DNA of 64,000 nucleotides from Octopus vulgaris (taxonomy: Eukaryota). Shown one piece after another: positions 58,028-64,000 of this stretch. A program made the position numbers and the translations under genes. The first letter of the stretch is position 1. Every line of letters begins with the position of its first letter. The stretch covers positions 5,518,001 through 5,582,000 of the forward strand of contig OX597835.1 of the NCBI GenBank assembly GCA_951406725.2, read 5' to 3'. The notes under the pieces were generated by a model. That model did not search any database. It saw only the letters and a program-made list of their open reading frames with translations, and was not told the origin of the DNA.

Positions 58028-58312
58028 CCTAACTCCCCAGACTGCAACCCCCTTGATTATTATGTGTGGGAAGGCAAGGATTATGGCAGCATTCACCAAT
58101 TTAAACAAATAGGCCGCCCAGAAGAGTTGCAGGAGATTTCGAAGTCGTCTGGAAGCCGTGGTTGAAGCTAATGGCGATTTTATTGAATAAATTTACTCTT
58201 TAGTATTTCAAAATATTTTAATGTAATTTTCGAAAATATATCTGTCAAAATGAGGTGTCAGTGTTATTTTCACTTTTTTGACATTTAGACAACAATTTAT
58301 TCACCTCACCCT
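58028..58312 (+). mobile_element. Second copy of the same Tc1/mariner 3' fragment (internally deleted)
   Basis: PNSPDCNPLDYYVW//KARIMAAFTNLNK*AAQKSCRRFRSRLEAVVEANGDFIE*, plus a 3' flank matching 15811-15930 in reverse. Confidence 0.85.
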
Positions 58313-58317
58313 CTCTC

Positions 58318-58396
<79 letters not shown>

Positions 58397-58401
<5 letters not shown>

Positions 58402-58575
58402 TGTTGTCTTGACAACCGATGTTAGTGTGTTTATGTCCCTGTAACTTAGCGGTTCGGCACTAACAGAACGATAGAATAAGTACTAGGCTTAGAAAAAATA
58501 AGTCCTTGGGTTTATTTGTTCGACTAAAGGCATGGGTGCGTCAAATGACTGAAACAAATAAAAGAAAAAAAAAGA
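58397..58575 (+). mobile_element. SINE family 2 3' half
   Basis: CTTGACAACCGATG...TAACTTAGCGGTTCGGC...CAAATGACTGAAACAA. Confidence 0.82.
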
Positions 58576-60874
58576 ATATGTGTGTGTATGTGTATATGTG
58601 TATGTGTATATGTGTGTGTGTATGTGTGAGCATATATATGTGTGTGTATGTGTGTGTGCGTATACACACACGCACATTCACTCGCACACACTCACACAAC
58701 GTCCTCTACAAGGCAACCAATGAATGAACCACTGAGCTGTTGTCCGAACTGCACCAACAGCGGCAAATCTCCCAAAAATCACACATCACTAAAGTTTAAA
58801 ATTAATAAGAACAATATTACCTCCTCCGACTGAAATAAATAAAAGAAAAAATAAGAATATGAGTGTGTGTGTGTGTGTATATGTGTGTGTCTATGTGTGT
58901 ATATATACAAACAACAAGAGTTTTGCTCCATTTTCTTCCGGTGATTGGAAACGTGAAATTCGAACTTACGATTCTGCTCTCAATAAAATCTGGTATTTCA
59001 TTCTGCTTTCAGCGTTGGATGACCTCTTCTTTTCTTCTTATTCGCAGTTATACGCCACAGTCACATTCACAAAATTTTACACCAATACCTCTGTGTGTGT
59101 ATGTTTGTGTGTGTGTGTGTGCGATTGTCTTCTTCAATAGTTTTCTTTGGGTAAATATAAGTCGTCTGTAATGTATAATTCTATGATTGCTTTAAAGAAT
59201 ACTTTGTAATCTATCCGATGTATATGTGATTGTGTATGTGTGCATGGGCGTATGTATGAGCGTGTGGGTGTGTGTGTGTGTATCTGTGAATGGGTGTATG
59301 TATGAGCGTGTGTGTGTATGACGAATGTCTGCGTTTTATTGAAATGTTGCTGACCGCTAACTGAAGTAGCTACCGTGTCGTACATAACAAATGAATGTGT
59401 TTAGACTTCGACTGCATAATAAATATCGATTCATTTAGCTCCGAATTTAACAAAAGTTGTGTAGAATAGCGCAACTCATCTAGGAGCGGTTACAAAGATA
59501 TTTTCACGTGGAGAAGGAATTAGCGGCGTGTAGTGAGTACTTACATCGAAATATTGTTTTATATCTTAAGGTGGTGCAGAGATTAAAGAGGTGCTTATAA
59601 GACAGTATAAGTAAAAGAATATGGAGTATGGACAGTGGATGGGGGTGTGGTGGATAGAAGAGAACACTAGGGGGAGAAAATAAGGGCAGAATTATGAGGA
59701 GAATGAAGATTAGGCTGTTGTAAGAAAGTATTAAAGAAAGTAGCAGAGGCAAATTGGTGAGGGAGGGCAGCAGTGAAGATTCAAAAGTTGGAAAAAGATA
59801 TTTTATTTGAATACTCTCAAGTCAAAAAAAAAAAAAAAAAGGAACTGATTTCTAACAAAGCCTTAGTTTAGTTTAACTAAGAAGTTAAGTAGAGGGGAAG
59901 TGGTACACGTTGAAGTTTACAAATTATTCCTGTTATAACTTTGCAGTTAGGCTTTTGCCAAAAAAGCTTCAACTTATGGAGATTACTAGTTAATATAGAA
60001 TGAAATTTCTTAGGGTATAAATGGCGATGGCTACAAATATGAATTTATAATGTGGAGCAGCGATTATGATAAGCACAAGATTTTAACCATTTGGTCCCTC
60101 CATGTGATTCCTCCTTGTGAATAATTGTAAACTCTGCATCGGATGTTCGAATTGCAACTGGTTTCTGAACAAATCATCAGGGAAAGACTTTACTGCATCA
60201 TGTTACAGAGATCTGATGCCTGAAGCTGGAGAGATGGCAAGGCTGTTTAGAAGAGTTTTGAGAGAGAAGTAGATGGAGCCACTGTCCTGCTATTATAGTG
60301 ATAAGCTCGTTACCTCATCCTCATCATAAGGTCTTTCGTTCCGTATAGTAGTAAAACTTGCATGTATAATCGTTTATCAGGTGTAGGTATACTTTTGAGG
60401 AGCTGTAGCTTTCGAATTCTTTCTCCATTCATATTCTCTCTTTCTCAGCGATTTTTTAAAAGAAATATTCATATCTGCAATTTTAGAATTTTGCTGCAAG
60501 GCAGCTAACTTTTACAACCGTGTATTATTTCTCTTTTCTGCCGCAAACTATTATAACCGGCATGTTCAATTTACACTTGGTAGAAGTTTTAACAGCAATT
60601 TCCCATTAATATTTCTTGTAATGAAACTTTATATTTAATCAACCTCAGAAATACTTGTTATAAGTATTGTAAGAAGTATTTTCTGCAGAAGCCATTATAT
60701 ATTGTTTTAACAATAAAATCATGTCACGTTGGATGGTAGCAAGTTGATGACTATTTTTTGTTGAATGTAGATTTTTCTATGACATAACTTTCGGATAAAT
60801 GCTACATCATCGACATTTACTGTCGCATCCTACAGCTTCTCTACTCTTTGTTCAGGGGTTATTTTGTAGCAATT

Positions 60875-60998
60875 TCATAATCCACTTGACTGGCTTCTGA
60901 ATTTTAATGAAGTATTGTACGGTGTAGTTTTAGAAACATTGTGTTTGCGAGTAGAAGACGGGATCGCTATAGACGGAATATCTTTCGAGTGGTCTGGT
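60875..60998 (-). CDS. Candidate terminal coding exon of an unidentified gene (upstream exons not identified)
   Basis: Acceptor TTTTTTTGCTTCAG, then 40 codons PDHSKDIPSIAIPSSTRKHNVSKTTPYNTSLKFRSQSSGL*. This is followed by about 1.1 kb free of microsatellites and SINEs, with AATAAA at 59802-59807. No homology recognised. Confidence 0.22.
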
Positions 60999-61152
60999 CT
61001 GAAGCAAAAAAACAACAACAACAACAACACACGGCTCCACAGGAGTTGGACAAGACACTAAGATTATCTGTGGGTTACACTTTTTCGCTTTCTCTCTCTC
61101 CCTCTCTCTGCCTCTCTTTCTCTATGTCTTTCTCTTTCTCTGTATGTACTTC

Positions 61153-61351
61153 TTACTCTTTTACTCTTTTACTTGCTTCAGTCATTTGACTGCGGCCATG
61201 CTGGAGCACCGCCTTTAGTCGAGCAAATCGACCCCAGGACTTATTCTTTGTAAGCCTAGTACTTATTCTATTGTTCTGTTAGTGCCGAACCGCTATGTTA
61301 CGGGTACGCAAACACACCAGCGATGCTGGGGAGACAAACACAGACGCACAA

Positions 61352-61432
<81 letters not shown>

Positions 61433-61636
61433 CTATAGACTCGGGCCGTATATATATATATATACATATGCGACGGGCTTCTTTCAGTTTCCGTCTACTA
61501 AATCCACTCATAAGGCTTTGGTCAGCCCCGAAGCTATAGTAGAAGACACTTGCCCAAGGTGCCACGCAGTAGGACTGAACCCAGAACCATGTGGTTGGTT
61601 AGCAAGCTACTTACCACACAAGCTACTCCTGCACCT
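61153..61636 (-). mobile_element. SINE family 2, full length
   Basis: Complete reverse-complement copy with a (TTTTACTC)n tail. Confidence 0.92.
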
Positions 61637-62040
61637 ATATGTGTGTACATGTGCGTGTATGTGTGTATGTGTGTGTGTGTGTGTGTGTGCGTGCGTATGC
61701 TTGCGCGCGCATGTATGAACAGAAACACCAAACTGACACCGTTTATGAGGTTCGTGTGTTCCACTCGTGGCCTATACCGTCAATCGGTCAAGACTAAAAT
61801 GTAGAAAGGCGAGCGAGTGGCCGGAGTTCAGATTTGTTTATATTTTTTTTATTAAATTACTTATTGTTTGTTTGCTTTTTTTGCTGTTCTTTTGTTCTTT
61901 TTTTTAGAGCGAGATATTTGTTTTATTACATCTGATTCCATTTTCTTCTAAGCATGTCCCCTGGCATGTCCTCCCACCTTCCTTCTTTTCCCTCCGATAT
62001 ATATATTCATATTTATATGCGTGTGTGTATGAGTGTGTAT

Positions 62041-62083
<43 letters not shown>

Positions 62084-62290
62084 TCTACTAGTCAATATAA
62101 TAGTGTTAAGTGAATTGGCTACATTCAGTACTGACAAATTTATGGCTGTTGGCCAGACTTAGAAGATCATTATCCTTTTCACCATCATCATCATCATCTT
62201 CAGCATCATCAGCATCATCACCACCAACTGCAACACCACCAACACTATTACAGCCATCATCATTATCATCACTGTTATCATAAATCATCA

Positions 62291-62335
<45 letters not shown>

Positions 62336-62343
62336 CATTTTCA

Positions 62344-62407
<64 letters not shown>

Positions 62408-62633
62408 CACTTTATCACAGGTTTTGTTGGCGCTCCCGGAGTCTTGCATGCGTAGCGGGCTTCCTACCTGCAGCCTACGGTACCATGCTATTCGCTCTTT
62501 TGAGCTATCTAATACTTTCCTGATTATTCTGGCCATGCCAAGGAGGCAAGCCTTTTGTAACAGTTCTACTAGGCACTCTATTCCAATTTCCTTTATACCC
62601 CTCTTGCTGCCTCCTGATACTATTCCCAAGGAA
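62408..62633 (-). mobile_element. 3' end of an R4/Dong-like (REL-endonuclease) non-LTR retrotransposon ending in (TAA)n
   Basis: SLGIVS...IKEIGIECLVELLQKACLLGMARIIRKVLD is the typical C-terminus (LQKA.LLGTARI.RKVL). A short 3' UTR runs directly into an (ATA)n array. Confidence 0.8.
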
Positions 62634-63683
62634 GGTAGACCTTCTGTACTTGGATGCTATCCTCAAGGCAGCTGGTTTCGATCCCGTTTTCAGAGGCTAG
62701 ATCGCTGCAGTGTACAGCGACATCTACTCGATGGTGAAATCAAATGGCAACCTCTAGGAATCATTTAGTATCGGACGTTCGGTCAAGGATGCCCACTCTC
62801 ACCCCTTCTCTACGTACTGGCACTCGAGCCATTAGTGCGGAAGTTGGAGGTTTCTGGAAGTATCCCACGGGAACTGGGATGTGGAAGGTTCGTGTCAGCG
62901 TATGCGGATGGCGTCCCTGTGATAGTGTCGGACATCTCGGAAATCGAGATGGTCGGCACCACCCTAAGGGAATACGAAGCGGTGACAGGAGTAATAATCA
63001 ATCAGAAAAAGTCAGTGGGCTGCAGCTCGGCACCTGGAGAGGTAGGCCCATACCAAACGACAGCGTTGTGGGGCGCTGGACGGAAGGATCTGTTAAGTTA
63101 CTCGGGATCTGGTTCGGTCAAGATTTCCAGGTGGACAAGAAATGGAGCGAGGTGACAGAGAGAGTGGCCAGTCTCACCCAGAAATGCGCCTAGAGGAAGC
63201 TCTCCCTGAAAGATCGGCGGGAGGTGAGGTGCGAATGCGTACATCGCATCCGCCATATACTACCGCCTGACTGTTGTCCCTTGTCCCGCTTTCTAGCTGA
63301 AAGTGCTGGTACGTTTGCTCTTCCGCTTCCTGTGGAAGCGACAGGTACAGCTTGTCAGACGGTCCATTTGCTGTCAGCACCCGTTGCGTGGAGGACTGGG
63401 CATGCCGTGGCTGAGGATGCGCAGATATGCGCTGAGGCTGCGACATCTCCAGCGATACCGTAACGGTGAGCAGGTGTGGTCACCGTTTGCCGAACGCGCT
63501 TTCCCACAGCTCGTCTCCTTGACAGAGCTACAGCCCTGAATCAAGTGTAGACCGAGGCAGGGTGCTTGGTATATAGAGTGTCTCCAAGCACTCACAGCCC
63601 TCGGCTAGTCGGACAATAGGGGATTAGTGGAGGGCAAGAGCGACAGCGTACTCGGAGAGGTCCTGGGCGTCGAGGAGGTCTCT
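62634..63683 (+). mobile_element. L1/Tx1-clade LINE reverse transcriptase fragment (pseudogenised)
   Basis: VDLLYLDAILKAAGFDPVFRG*IAAVY, QGCPLSPLLYVLALEPL, SAYADG (YADD motif), INQKKS, KLLGIWFG, RKLSLKDR, LFRFLW and RGGLGMP, with several stops and frameshifts. GC-richer than the flanks. Confidence 0.92.
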
Positions 63684-64000
63684 ACGGGTGCTACGTACCT
63701 GAAAAAAGAGAGAACGGATTGGTCACGGCTGGAGACTTCATAACTACAAATAAAGATACCATCTCTGTTTGTGAGTATTTGGCCCTGCACCAACATAGCT
63801 GAGGAATCAATATTTTATCAATCGATTGTAAGGGATAAAGGGTCAGTCGATCGTTCTCAACTGACAGTTGCTGCATGCTTGGGCAAATATGAAAATGATG
63901 AGTTTTCGCTAAATAAATATAATAATGGAATAACAGACATTCACACCAGCGCCACCTCCACCACCACTACGACAGCTGCTGCTGCTGCTGCTGCTGCTAC

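Overview
This is AT-rich, microsatellite-saturated eukaryotic DNA with no recognisable intact protein-coding gene, and nearly all ORFs in the track are translations of simple repeats. The SINE families and repeat landscape resemble an octopus/coleoid cephalopod genome (inference), so the window is probably intergenic or intronic. It contains more than 25 tRNA-derived SINE copies or fragments from several families and decayed Penelope-like element (PLE) ORF remnants. It also has R4/Dong-like and L1/Tx1-like LINE fragments, and Tc1/mariner, Chapaev-like, hAT, piggyBac and Helitron pieces. The strongest signal is a dispersed set of about ten minimal type-I hammerhead ribozyme motifs from at least five unrelated PLE-terminal repeat families. 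One has a fully canonical core (38808-38934, minus strand). Several sit in head-to-head foldback duplications, and one forms the tail of a tRNA-headed SINE with an inverted 5' duplication (47981-48335), a candidate PLE-mobilised SINE or retrozyme. All alignments were done by eye and no database searches were run.
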